Virus record (IMG/VR): IMGVR_UViG_3300025108_004223
Coordinates: 62,763 to 126,762 of that record
Strand: one strand, 5' to 3'
Source: a virus
DNA: 64,000 nucleotides
Below the pieces are notes generated by a model that saw only the letters and a list, made by a program, of their open reading frames with translations, was not told the DNA's origin and did no database searches. This document shows positions 54,938 to 63,469 of this stretch, in pieces. Positions within the stretch are counted from its first letter, which is position 1; every line of letters begins with the position of its first letter. A program made the position numbers and the translations under genes.

Positions 54938-54974
54938 AATGTAACCTAAGTTACGTTCCTAAGGTAGTTAGGAC

Positions 54975-56048
54975 TTATTGAGGGATAACATCTTCTTTGA
55001 AGATTGCATCTTTACCTGTAAACTTCAAGAAGTCAACTAGGTTTGCATATGTATCACGCTCGATTTGGTTACGCAAAATGTCTAGTGCGCCTTTCATATC
55101 GTCTCCGATAATCCAGTCATACTTTCCAGTTTTTACATAAATCTTTGCCATTGACTCTGGGTCTGCTGCCATGGCACGGAATGCCGCAACAAGAGCCGGA
55201 GTATTTGGGTTGTCTTTTTGTGTCCATAATGCTTTTTGCATCACGTCACGGAAGTTACGAACTAGTTCGAAAGCATCCCAGAATTCACCTGATGGTGCTT
55301 CGCCCCATCTTTGTTCAAACACTTCGTGAATTGATTGGTTTGGCCAGTTTGGATCTGCATCAATTTCACCTGTTTCCAAGTTGAATACACCTTGTGAGAA
55401 CCATACTTTTGAGTAAGGTGCATCATTATAATACTTGTTATAAGCCGCAGTTGACTCACGTGTTACGTTAAGCTCACCACGTTGGTAAGACAATCTACGC
55501 TCGCCACCTGACATACCTTTGATGTATTTGTATTGAGTGTTAAAGATTTCTTTACCTTGCTCCATAGTTAGACCTGGTCCACCTTTAAGTAAGATGTGTG
55601 CCATCATGTCTGGATTCATACCTGAACCAGCTGAGAACAAAATCTCATCTGTGTATGGGTCAATTGACTTTTGGTGACCGTTAATAATAGTCAAGTTCAT
55701 CATACCAATTGGATCATATTCATAGTAGTTATAGTCTACGTCATCTACTAGATAACTTACACCATTACCACCGTGTGATACCATTACAACTTTTGGATCT
55801 GATTGCAAGTCGTTGTGGAACTTGTTGAATCCAGGAATATCATTTGCACCTGGAATGTTAATGATCTTGATTTTTTCACCTAAGTGCTTCTCAAGTTCTT
55901 TGGCAACAATTGCTGTCCATACAGACGTTCCTGATCCAGGCTTCTGTGGGACAACAAATGTGTAGTCTGCTACTGCTGGTGCAGAGTATCCTACTAGTAA
56001 TGACATTGCAAGTGCTAATGCCATAAAAGGTTTCTTTAGTTGTTTCAT
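54975..56048 (-). CDS. tctC: Tripartite tricarboxylate transporter substrate-binding protein (Bug/TctC-like)
   Basis: Signal peptide; VVPQKPGSGT, NIPGA N-terminal Bug motifs; adjacent to tctA. Confidence 0.75.
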   Translation of the reverse strand: MKQLKKPFMALALAMSLLVGYSAPAVADYTFVVPQKPGSGTSVWTAIVAKELEKHLGEKIKIINIPGANDIPGFNKFHNDLQSDPKVVMVSHGGNGVSYLVDDVDYNYYEYDPIGMMNLTIINGHQKSIDPYTDEILFSAGSGMNPDMMAHILLKGGPGLTMEQGKEIFNTQYKYIKGMSGGERRLSYQRGELNVTRESTAAYNKYYNDAPYSKVWFSQGVFNLETGEIDADPNWPNQSIHEVFEQRWGEAPSGEFWDAFELVRNFRDVMQKALWTQKDNPNTPALVAAFRAMAADPESMAKIYVKTGKYDWIIGDDMKGALDILRNQIERDTYANLVDFLKFTGKDAIFKEDVIPQ

Positions 56049-56063
56049 ATTTTCTCCTTTGAT

Positions 56064-57527
56064 TTATACGAAATCTATTTTAGCTTTGTTAAAAAACAAT
56101 CCCCATATCGCGGCTGCTACCGCTAATGCAAGGAAGGTTGGTGGGAGCCAGCTTGTAAACAAGTCACTCCATTCATACAGCCCCGAAAATTGTAAATAAC
56201 TTTTCTCAATTCTTGCACTGAGAATAAATCCAATTAAAAAACTTACACGGCTAAACTTTAGATATTTTAGAACTACACCTACAGCACAACAGATTGCAAA
56301 CATATAATAGTCTTCAATGAGTCCTGTGTATTGTGTGCATGACCATATTAGCGATGCTAGTATTGGCCAAAAATACCATCTAAAAGGAACGTTGGTAATC
56401 TTAACTGCATACTTGATAAACAAATAAGCAATTGGTAAGATTATAATAAGACTTGCTAGGTAACTACTCAGCAAGTGATCAAAGAACACTCCATCTGCTA
56501 ATACACTTGGAGTTCCTAGTTCTAGGCCTACATACATAAGTAAACCCATAACAATCACTTCAAATGGTGCACCTGGAATGCCAAACAAAATGGTAGGAAC
56601 ATAACTGGTAGCCTTTTGAGCATTGTTGGCGCCTTCGCAACCAATAACACCTCTAACATTACCTTTTCCAATTCCATAAGCATCTTTATCGGCATGTTTG
56701 CCTGCGGCTGCAACTGTTTGACTATATGCAAACCAATCTGCAATGTTGCCGCCAATACCTGGAATTAATCCAATAAAGCCTCCAATAAAGCCTCCTCGTA
56801 ATCCATCCCATTTATATTTCCAACTGTCTTTGATACCTTGTATTAGTTGTGATTTAATTAGTGCATTGTCTAGAAAGATTTTTTCAGCTTTCATTCTGTA
56901 TGCACTTAGTAGTTCTGGAAATGCTAATACGCCTGCCATAACAGGAATCATTTGTATTCCATCACCTAAGTAATCCCAACCCATTGTCCAACGTGAACTT
57001 GCTGTTTCAGGATCCATTCCAATATGTCCGACCATAAAGCCGGCAATTAATGCAATGAAGCCTCTTACCCAATACTTACTGCTAATAAACACAACACATG
57101 TCATAGCAAATATTAGGAAAGTAAACATCTCTCGAATGCCAAAATATAACACAATCTTGGTATACCATGGTAAGAAAAGGAATACAAGTAAACCCCATAT
57201 CAATCCATTTATCCAACTTGTGCTAATTGCGGCACTTAAAGCTCTTGCAGCCTCGCCACGCCGACTCATGGGAAATCCATCAATCATTGTTGCGGCGGCT
57301 CCGCCTGCCCCTGGCACATTCATAACAACACCGCAAAAGCTGTCGCCAATACTCGAAGTCACAACAATTGCTGTTGTGAATACAACTAACATGTAGGGAT
57401 CTTCAAAGTATCCAACGAATGCGTATACGGCTATTAGTCCTGTTGTAGCACCTGCTACCGGAATTAAGCCTACAAAAAATCCATAGACAACACCCAATAA
57501 CAGGACACCAATATATGTTTCCAACAT
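56064..57527 (-). CDS. tctA: Tripartite tricarboxylate transporter large permease
   Basis: GLIPVAGATT, NVPGAGGAAATMIDGFPM, GLIPGIGG, EGANNA, ILFGIPG. Confidence 0.9.
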   Translation of the reverse strand: MLETYIGVLLLGVVYGFFVGLIPVAGATTGLIAVYAFVGYFEDPYMLVVFTTAIVVTSSIGDSFCGVVMNVPGAGGAAATMIDGFPMSRRGEAARALSAAISTSWINGLIWGLLVFLFLPWYTKIVLYFGIREMFTFLIFAMTCVVFISSKYWVRGFIALIAGFMVGHIGMDPETASSRWTMGWDYLGDGIQMIPVMAGVLAFPELLSAYRMKAEKIFLDNALIKSQLIQGIKDSWKYKWDGLRGGFIGGFIGLIPGIGGNIADWFAYSQTVAAAGKHADKDAYGIGKGNVRGVIGCEGANNAQKATSYVPTILFGIPGAPFEVIVMGLLMYVGLELGTPSVLADGVFFDHLLSSYLASLIIILPIAYLFIKYAVKITNVPFRWYFWPILASLIWSCTQYTGLIEDYYMFAICCAVGVVLKYLKFSRVSFLIGFILSARIEKSYLQFSGLYEWSDLFTSWLPPTFLALAVAAAIWGLFFNKAKIDFV

Positions 57528-57648
57528 ATGGTTCCTTATTCTTCTAAAGTTTTGAGGGTATTACACCAATGAACCTGTTGCACTCGCATGTTGGTAATCG
57601 TGTAAAGTGATAACAAAGTAATTATAAATCTATAATTATTGTTATATC

Positions 57649-57656
57649 TATTTATC
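57649..57656 (-). promoter_or_regulatory. Late promoter motif upstream of tctA
   Basis: GATAAATA about 120 nt upstream of the tctA start. Confidence 0.45.
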
Positions 57657-57672
57657 TTCGTTTTGTATATAG

Positions 57673-58347
57673 TTACGATCTTCGCTTCAAAACAAAGTAT
57701 AATCTGTTTGCATCTTGTTTAATTGTTACTACAACACAATCAAGTTCTTTTGCTACATTAATAATGAACTCTGGAGTCCAATTAAAAAAGTCTATCCATT
57801 TTGCCTCAGGTGCTTCATGTTGCTTACCTGGGTTAGCACGGAAAAACAACAAACCTTCTGGTGCTGTTAAATCAACTGCATGACACAATTCTCTAATAAT
57901 TTTATCAGCACTACCAAAGTTGATACTACCCATACAAATTGTTACATCATATTTTGTATCAGGCTTGTAGTCTACTATGCTACACACATGGTCTGCTTTT
58001 TTATTAAATGGATCAACTCCAGTTAGGTTTTTTATCTTTCCTTTAAACTCATTGTATCCACAACCTAAATCCAATACAGCCTTTGGATTTAATGCATTAA
58101 CTTCGTCAATGATGTCTAGTCCACTGTATTTGTATTTCTTTGTTTTAGGTTGCCATACTTTGCCAAAGTAGTTTGCAAGTATTAAGTCATCGACTGTGTT
58201 AACTAAATGTTCTATGCTTGGAGCAGGACCATTCATCTCAATATCAAACTCAGATTTGATTGCTACTTTTAGTGTTTGTGGGTTAGTCATTAGACTTGGA
58301 GCATTTTTAATCATCTCCATTACTCTGTTGTAAATTTTTATATTCAT
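57673..58347 (-). CDS. Class I SAM-dependent methyltransferase
   Basis: VLDLGCGYN, GVDP, YDVTICMGSINF. Confidence 0.8.
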   Translation of the reverse strand: MNIKIYNRVMEMIKNAPSLMTNPQTLKVAIKSEFDIEMNGPAPSIEHLVNTVDDLILANYFGKVWQPKTKKYKYSGLDIIDEVNALNPKAVLDLGCGYNEFKGKIKNLTGVDPFNKKADHVCSIVDYKPDTKYDVTICMGSINFGSADKIIRELCHAVDLTAPEGLLFFRANPGKQHEAPEAKWIDFFNWTPEFIINVAKELDCVVVTIKQDANRLYFVLKRRS

Positions 58348-58373
58348 TCTCGATGCCTTAAATTTATCAAACT

Positions 58374-58402
58374 ATTATACTACTTTTGTGTTCTGTTGTC
58401 AA
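58374..58402 (-). promoter_or_regulatory. sigma70-type promoter
   Basis: Consensus TTGACA-N17-TATAAT. Confidence 0.8.
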
Positions 58403-58610
58403 GCACTTTTTGATAAGCTTCTTCGAATCCTTCTTCGTATTCAGATAGTGGTGCACCATCGCATCCATCTCGCCATGCACGATTGAAATAACTATTTGCA
58501 CATGACAGTATGGTCTCCTCTGACGTATTAAAATGTCCTTTGACTATCCAAAATAGCCAATAAGCATCTCTATGACTGAACTCTCCATCGTCTCCGTCGA
58601 AGTTAACCAT
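58380..58610 (-). CDS. Hypothetical protein
   Basis: GAGGA RBS; 76 aa. Confidence 0.55.
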   Translation of the reverse strand: MVNFDGDDGEFSHRDAYWLFWIVKGHFNTSEETILSCANSYFNRAWRDGCDGAPLSEYEEGFEEAYQKVLDNRTQK

Positions 58611-58627
58611 TATACGTTTCCTCTAAT

Positions 58628-58750
58628 CTAATCGTATATGTAAGGATCTTTTTTGCGTAGTTCTTCTAATTTCTTCTCTAGTTTTTTCTTATGCTTATAC
58701 TCTGCAATTAGTTTTTTAACTAACTTAATTGGGTTCCATTCGAATTTCAT
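58628..58750 (-). CDS. 40-aa basic peptide ending KDPYIY
   Basis: MKFEWNPIKLVKKLIAEYKHKKKLEKKLEELRKKDPYIYD; AGGAG RBS; ATGA overlap. Confidence 0.65.
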   Translation of the reverse strand: MKFEWNPIKLVKKLIAEYKHKKKLEKKLEELRKKDPYIYD

Positions 58751-59457
58751 TTATCTCTCCTGCTCCACGCATCTGCTACACGCCCTGCTAATAATTTGTT
58801 GCCTTCTACCGTAAAATGTCCTTGGCCGCCATCCGTAATTGTATTTACTAATTTTTTATCATTGCCTACTATTGTAAATAAAGGATCTAAATCTAAATAT
58901 TTACAATGTATATGTTCGTTTGTATAATTAACATACTCATGTGTTCTAATAATGTAACCTGGAATATTATGTGCTTTTAATTTATTGTTTATATGACTGA
59001 CACAGGCTTTGGTTATATTTAATACACTATCATTATTGCCAATATCATGTATATAGTCTAATGCATCAGATTCTTTTAATCCCAATGCTTCTTGTAACTG
59101 TGGTCTATGTTTTATACCTTTGCTGTATATAATACTAGACTCTTGTAATTCGTGTCTTGTTAGTGGTGGTCTAAATTCTGTAGCATGTGTGGTTGTGATC
59201 CATTTTGCATCTTTGTTTAATTGAAACTTGGGTTCAACACTTTCTTGTAGTATAACTGCATCAAAGTCATTTAGTTCTATGCTTTCTAATACATCTAACC
59301 ATTGTATGTATCCTACTCCATATCCACAATAAAGAGTTATCTCTGCAGGTATATTGTCTACCCATGTTTCTTTGCTTGTAAGTTCTTCATCTCCATTTTT
59401 ATGGAAACTATAGCTACCTCTAGTGTAACTGCAACCTAATATTAATAATTTAGCCAA
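58747..59457 (-). CDS. SGNH/GDSL hydrolase-like protein
   Basis: ILGCSYTRG, GQGHFTVEGN. Confidence 0.55.
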   Translation of the reverse strand: MAKLLILGCSYTRGSYSFHKNGDEELTSKETWVDNIPAEITLYCGYGVGYIQWLDVLESIELNDFDAVILQESVEPKFQLNKDAKWITTTHATEFRPPLTRHELQESSIIYSKGIKHRPQLQEALGLKESDALDYIHDIGNNDSVLNITKACVSHINNKLKAHNIPGYIIRTHEYVNYTNEHIHCKYLDLDPLFTIVGNDKKLVNTITDGGQGHFTVEGNKLLAGRVADAWSRRDK

Positions 59458-59713
59458 AGCGTTTATCGTTCGTTATTAAATTCTCTGTCATTAATTCTTT
59501 AACAGCATATTCTATTTTTCTTTCACTTAGTTTATCTAAGACAAAATCGTGTAGGAAATATTTGTATGTATTTCTGCGCCACTGTTCTTCTATTTCGCCT
59601 GCTCGGCGAGCTTCGTCTGATGATGTATATACTCCAACCACATATCTGTGTGGTATTTCTTCTTTAACTGATTGGGTGTCTTTGCGTTCCATTTGCACAA
59701 TATACACTATCAT
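59450..59713 (-). CDS. Hypothetical protein
   Basis: AGGAG RBS; 87 aa. Confidence 0.55.
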   Translation of the reverse strand: MIVYIVQMERKDTQSVKEEIPHRYVVGVYTSSDEARRAGEIEEQWRRNTYKYFLHDFVLDKLSERKIEYAVKELMTENLITNDKRFG

Positions 59714-59716
59714 AAT

Positions 59717-61276
59717 CTATTCTCCTATACTAGACTGTTCGCTAGTTACCACTTCCACACTATATTTCTCTGTCCAACGCTCTGCGTCATCCTCGGTGTC
59801 CACCATTGGCTCACCTTTAATGTTTAAACTAGTATTTAACAACATAGGACAACCTGTAGCTTCGTGCCACTTGTCCAATAACTTATATAAACCTGGGTGT
59901 TGTAATCGTGTTACAGTTTGCACTCGGCTTGTTCCATCTATGTGAGTAATTGCTGGAAATGAGTTTGGATCCTTTGTTCTTCCAACAAATTGCATAAATG
60001 GACTACTAGTTACACCTTCTGGCATATCAAAGTAATCATGTAAACATTCTTCTTTAATAACTGGAGCAAAAGGCCTAAATGCTTGCCTTTGCTTTACTGT
60101 ATTTACTTGATCTTGCATATTTTCACCTCTAGGGTCAGCTAACAGGCTTCTATTACCCAATGCACGTGGTCCAAACTCTGCACAACCGTTGGCAACACCA
60201 ACCATTCCGCTTTCTTGTATAACTTTTAATGCTTTATTAACAGGATAGTTGCCTCTAATAGCATTTCCAAGATATGGACTATCAAATTCAATAAACTTAT
60301 TGGTGTGTGCTAATACACAACCAACACTGCTACCTGCATCACCTGGATTAGGCATAATCCAAACATTTTTAAAACGATTAAATGCTATACTGTTTGCTAC
60401 ACAATTTAATGCACACCCTCCCATTAATACAATGTTATCACTGTCAACAAGTTTCTTTGTTTGTTTAATTAAATGAGTAAAAATATATTCATATACTGCT
60501 TGAGTGCCTGCGGCTATGTCGGCATAGTCTTGAACTGTGTTTAGTTCTGGTGCCCATTGCTTGCAACCTCTGTGTAAGTTTTGTTTAAAACGAATACGTG
60601 GACTGTTTTGATCTAATGGATAAAAGAAATCATCAAATATACGTTTCTTATACTTGTCTGGGTCACCAACTGCGGCCCATCCCATTAGAATATATTCATC
60701 TTCGTTTGGTTTTAGTCCAATACGCTGTGTCATTGCACTATACCATAAGCCTATGCTGTGTGGATACTTCTGGCTAAACTTACGCTTTAGTTTAGTTCCA
60801 TGTCCTTCCCATACTGTGAGTGTTTCAAACTCACCTATACTATCTACCACCAATACTGCGGCTTCTCTGTATGGACTTGTGTAATAACCTGCGGCTGCAT
60901 GACTATGATGATGTCTAGTGTTGTGCCACGATGGTGTGCGATTAAAGTCTACAGGAACCTCATTATAAAAATCTAATAAACTGCGAGGACGTATTCCAAA
61001 CTCATATAGTGATGTAACTGGAGATGGCTTTGTTAATGCTGTGCGATATTGTCCTGCACGTAGTTGACGTAAACGTTTAAGCCATTGTGTTTCATACCAA
61101 TGAACATGTTCAGGGTTACCAAACTCTAATGCTTGATTGATTAATGTTTGATTTAAATGCTTATCATTCTTTATTCCACTGCTACGTTCAGCATGAGCGG
61201 CAAACTTTAGTTCGTCGTTGTCAAACACTGCCAATGAGGCATCGTGTGCGTTCGCTGTTATTCCCCATCTAATCAT
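59717..61276 (-). CDS. O-carbamoyltransferase (NodU/CmcH family)
   Basis: HDAS, HHHSHAA, GGCALNC, EFGPRALGNRSLLADP, KQRQAFRPFAP, LLNTSLN. Confidence 0.93.
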   Translation of the reverse strand: MIRWGITANAHDASLAVFDNDELKFAAHAERSSGIKNDKHLNQTLINQALEFGNPEHVHWYETQWLKRLRQLRAGQYRTALTKPSPVTSLYEFGIRPRSLLDFYNEVPVDFNRTPSWHNTRHHHSHAAAGYYTSPYREAAVLVVDSIGEFETLTVWEGHGTKLKRKFSQKYPHSIGLWYSAMTQRIGLKPNEDEYILMGWAAVGDPDKYKKRIFDDFFYPLDQNSPRIRFKQNLHRGCKQWAPELNTVQDYADIAAGTQAVYEYIFTHLIKQTKKLVDSDNIVLMGGCALNCVANSIAFNRFKNVWIMPNPGDAGSSVGCVLAHTNKFIEFDSPYLGNAIRGNYPVNKALKVIQESGMVGVANGCAEFGPRALGNRSLLADPRGENMQDQVNTVKQRQAFRPFAPVIKEECLHDYFDMPEGVTSSPFMQFVGRTKDPNSFPAITHIDGTSRVQTVTRLQHPGLYKLLDKWHEATGCPMLLNTSLNIKGEPMVDTEDDAERWTEKYSVEVVTSEQSSIGE

Positions 61277-62292
61277 AATCTATTTTCTACTCCGCAATCG
61301 TCAACGCATACACTAAACTGTGCACCTTCAATTTTCTTTTCTAATATATCTGTATACCATTTATCTGTTAATATTTCTTTTAATGTGTGTTCTTTAAGGC
61401 TGTATTTTGGTGAATGGGATAAATTTGTAAATCCTGTTACACTATCATATTTTTGTCCTGTTGGTTCTACACCATATGATGTTTGACTTGTAATACAACA
61501 AGGCCAAACTGTAGCATAAGGATCAATCTGTATCTCACCATCTGTATACCAAGGACATTGACTGTGTTGTTGTTCTGGGCTTTTTATTTTATTGTATTTC
61601 TTTCTGCTTTCTCGACTGTTGCTATTCCAAACAACTTCCCTTGCCTGACTGTTGTCTACATCGTGCAATGTAACTGTGTGCGTTGGATATACAATTTCTT
61701 TTCTATCGCTGTAATTCTTTCTTGCTGTAAAGCCTGAGCATCCGTATTGTTTTGCTAATTGTTCTGCACGATCTATTTGATCGTTATTATAATCAAATAT
61801 TGTTATAATCCATATGCTTTTTCCACCTGCACGATTAAATGCTTGCATATTTTTGATAATCTTATTGTAATCAGTTCTTGCTCTATACAATGCATTTGAT
61901 TCCTTGTCTATTCCATCAATACAAAATATAACTTCTCCGTTATCTCCTAATACTTCACCTAGCTCACTCCACCATTCGGGTGTTCTTGCTCCGCCATTTG
62001 TTGAAATATAAACTAACAAGTTTGCTCGCCGAGCAATGCGACACATTTCAATTAGTTTAGGGTTCATGCATGCATCTCCCCAATTACCATTGAATAAGAT
62101 TTCCGTTACATTTGTTTCTTTTATATCTTCTTCAATTAATCTAGTGTATACATCCATTGGAAAATGTTCTAGTTTTAAATATGGTTGAACTTCTAGTGTT
62201 TCTGGCACAAACCTTGCACATGTTCCACATTTAGCATTGCAATAACTAGTTGGATCAATTTGGATTCGTTGAATATCATTTAAATGATTCAT
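61273..62292 (-). CDS. Radical SAM protein with C-terminal SPASM/twitch domain
   Basis: CNAKCGTC, GNWGD, FCIDG, CPWY...WPCC...CVDDC; close paralog of 4172. Confidence 0.9.
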   Translation of the reverse strand: MNHLNDIQRIQIDPTSYCNAKCGTCARFVPETLEVQPYLKLEHFPMDVYTRLIEEDIKETNVTEILFNGNWGDACMNPKLIEMCRIARRANLLVYISTNGGARTPEWWSELGEVLGDNGEVIFCIDGIDKESNALYRARTDYNKIIKNMQAFNRAGGKSIWIITIFDYNNDQIDRAEQLAKQYGCSGFTARKNYSDRKEIVYPTHTVTLHDVDNSQAREVVWNSNSRESRKKYNKIKSPEQQHSQCPWYTDGEIQIDPYATVWPCCITSQTSYGVEPTGQKYDSVTGFTNLSHSPKYSLKEHTLKEILTDKWYTDILEKKIEGAQFSVCVDDCGVENRL

Positions 62293-62735
62293 GTCTCTAG
62301 TTTGTGCATAATCCTAGCATCGTCTCCACATATACCCCATATATTTGGAATAACATCTGGTAATGGTTTATTATGTAAGTCTAACCAAATTGCATCAGGA
62401 TGTATTGGAAAGTTTCCTGGAAAGCACCAAATCTTGCCTCTACTTGTTAATGTTATATCATCTTCTTGATGGAAAAATGTATGACATCCTAAATCCAATA
62501 ACGGTCCCATTGTTTCAAATGTTTTAGCATGACATATAACTTCCCATCGTTGTATAAATTTTTCATTTATATGTTTGTTAGGTTCATCATGTCCATAATA
62601 CAATGCACCATTCCATAATTGAATATCTACTTCAACATGATATCCTATATCAATTGCATCTTGTAAATAATCTTCTGTATTTTCAAATGTGGGCTGCGGT
62701 CCTAGAGTATTACCTCTGTGTGCTATAAAATTCAT
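62289..62735 (-). CDS. Minimal glycerophosphodiester phosphodiesterase/PLC-like protein
   Basis: IAHRGN, VEVD, CHAK. Confidence 0.65.
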   Translation of the reverse strand: MNFIAHRGNTLGPQPTFENTEDYLQDAIDIGYHVEVDIQLWNGALYYGHDEPNKHINEKFIQRWEVICHAKTFETMGPLLDLGCHTFFHQEDDITLTSRGKIWCFPGNFPIHPDAIWLDLHNKPLPDVIPNIWGICGDDARIMHKLET

Positions 62736-63445
62736 TTAATAAATTCTTTCAAATCTTCTGGAGTTCCTATTCCTTGCATATTATCTACTTTTATTGTTAC
62801 AACACTACTATTTGAGTCTTCGACTTCTGCAACTGTGTAATTGTAAACAGGACATGTATAGAATTCATTGTTTACTCTGTCGTTTGCTTCTATCATTTGT
62901 TTGGCATTACGAATAAACTGTTTGCCATGTTTCCAATAATAGTATCCAGTTGTAGCCCATTCACTAATAGGATCTTTTTCTGCTACACGCACAACTTTAC
63001 CTAATTCATCTATCTCTGCATAACTCCATTTAGGATCCTTTTCAGGACAATGAAATACACTGATAAAGCCAGCAACAAACACACTGTTGATTAAACTTTG
63101 TGCATGCTCGCTGTCCCATTTTGTGTGTTGATCACAATTAGCAACAAATATACTGTCGCCTTCATTAATATGATCTTCTATACTTATTATAGTGCATGCT
63201 GTTCCTTCTGTCAAGTGATCTAATTCATGAACAATTGCTTCTGGATACCATTCTAATATTGATTCTTTTAAGTTTTGTTCTTTACGAACAATAAAGATAC
63301 GTTGATCGAAGTCTAGTCCAATGCAACGTTCTGAATATACAAACATAGGCACATCGCCCACTGGTATCATTGGTTTACTTACAGTATAACCTGCTTCTTC
63401 AAAGCGAGTTCCGGCGCCTGCCATAGGCATTATTAATGTTAACAT
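62732..63445 (-). CDS. Sugar-phosphate nucleotidyltransferase family protein
   Basis: IMPMAGAGTRF...KPMI, TEGTACT, NCDQ, VAEK, GTPEDL. Confidence 0.85.
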   Translation of the reverse strand: MLTLIMPMAGAGTRFEEAGYTVSKPMIPVGDVPMFVYSERCIGLDFDQRIFIVRKEQNLKESILEWYPEAIVHELDHLTEGTACTIISIEDHINEGDSIFVANCDQHTKWDSEHAQSLINSVFVAGFISVFHCPEKDPKWSYAEIDELGKVVRVAEKDPISEWATTGYYYWKHGKQFIRNAKQMIEANDRVNNEFYTCPVYNYTVAEVEDSNSSVVTIKVDNMQGIGTPEDLKEFIK

Positions 63446-63469
63446 ATTGTGGGTAACCTTTTATTGATT

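Noticed and set aside
57540-57580. Resemblance to a preQ1-I riboswitch (CAGGTTC...CCCTCAAAAC) upstream of tctA
   Set aside because: P1 has only 3 pairs, loop and A-tract do not fit, and the downstream gene is not a queuosine transporter; kept only as a low-score structured-leader note.
5249-61276. Enzyme set recalls the saxitoxin cluster (amidinotransferase, carbamoyltransferase, GDSL, sulfotransferase, APS kinase, 2OG oxygenase)
   Set aside because: No SxtA-like PKS/AONS scaffold enzyme or Rieske oxygenases; genes are scattered among sugar enzymes, so glycan or base tailoring is more parsimonious.
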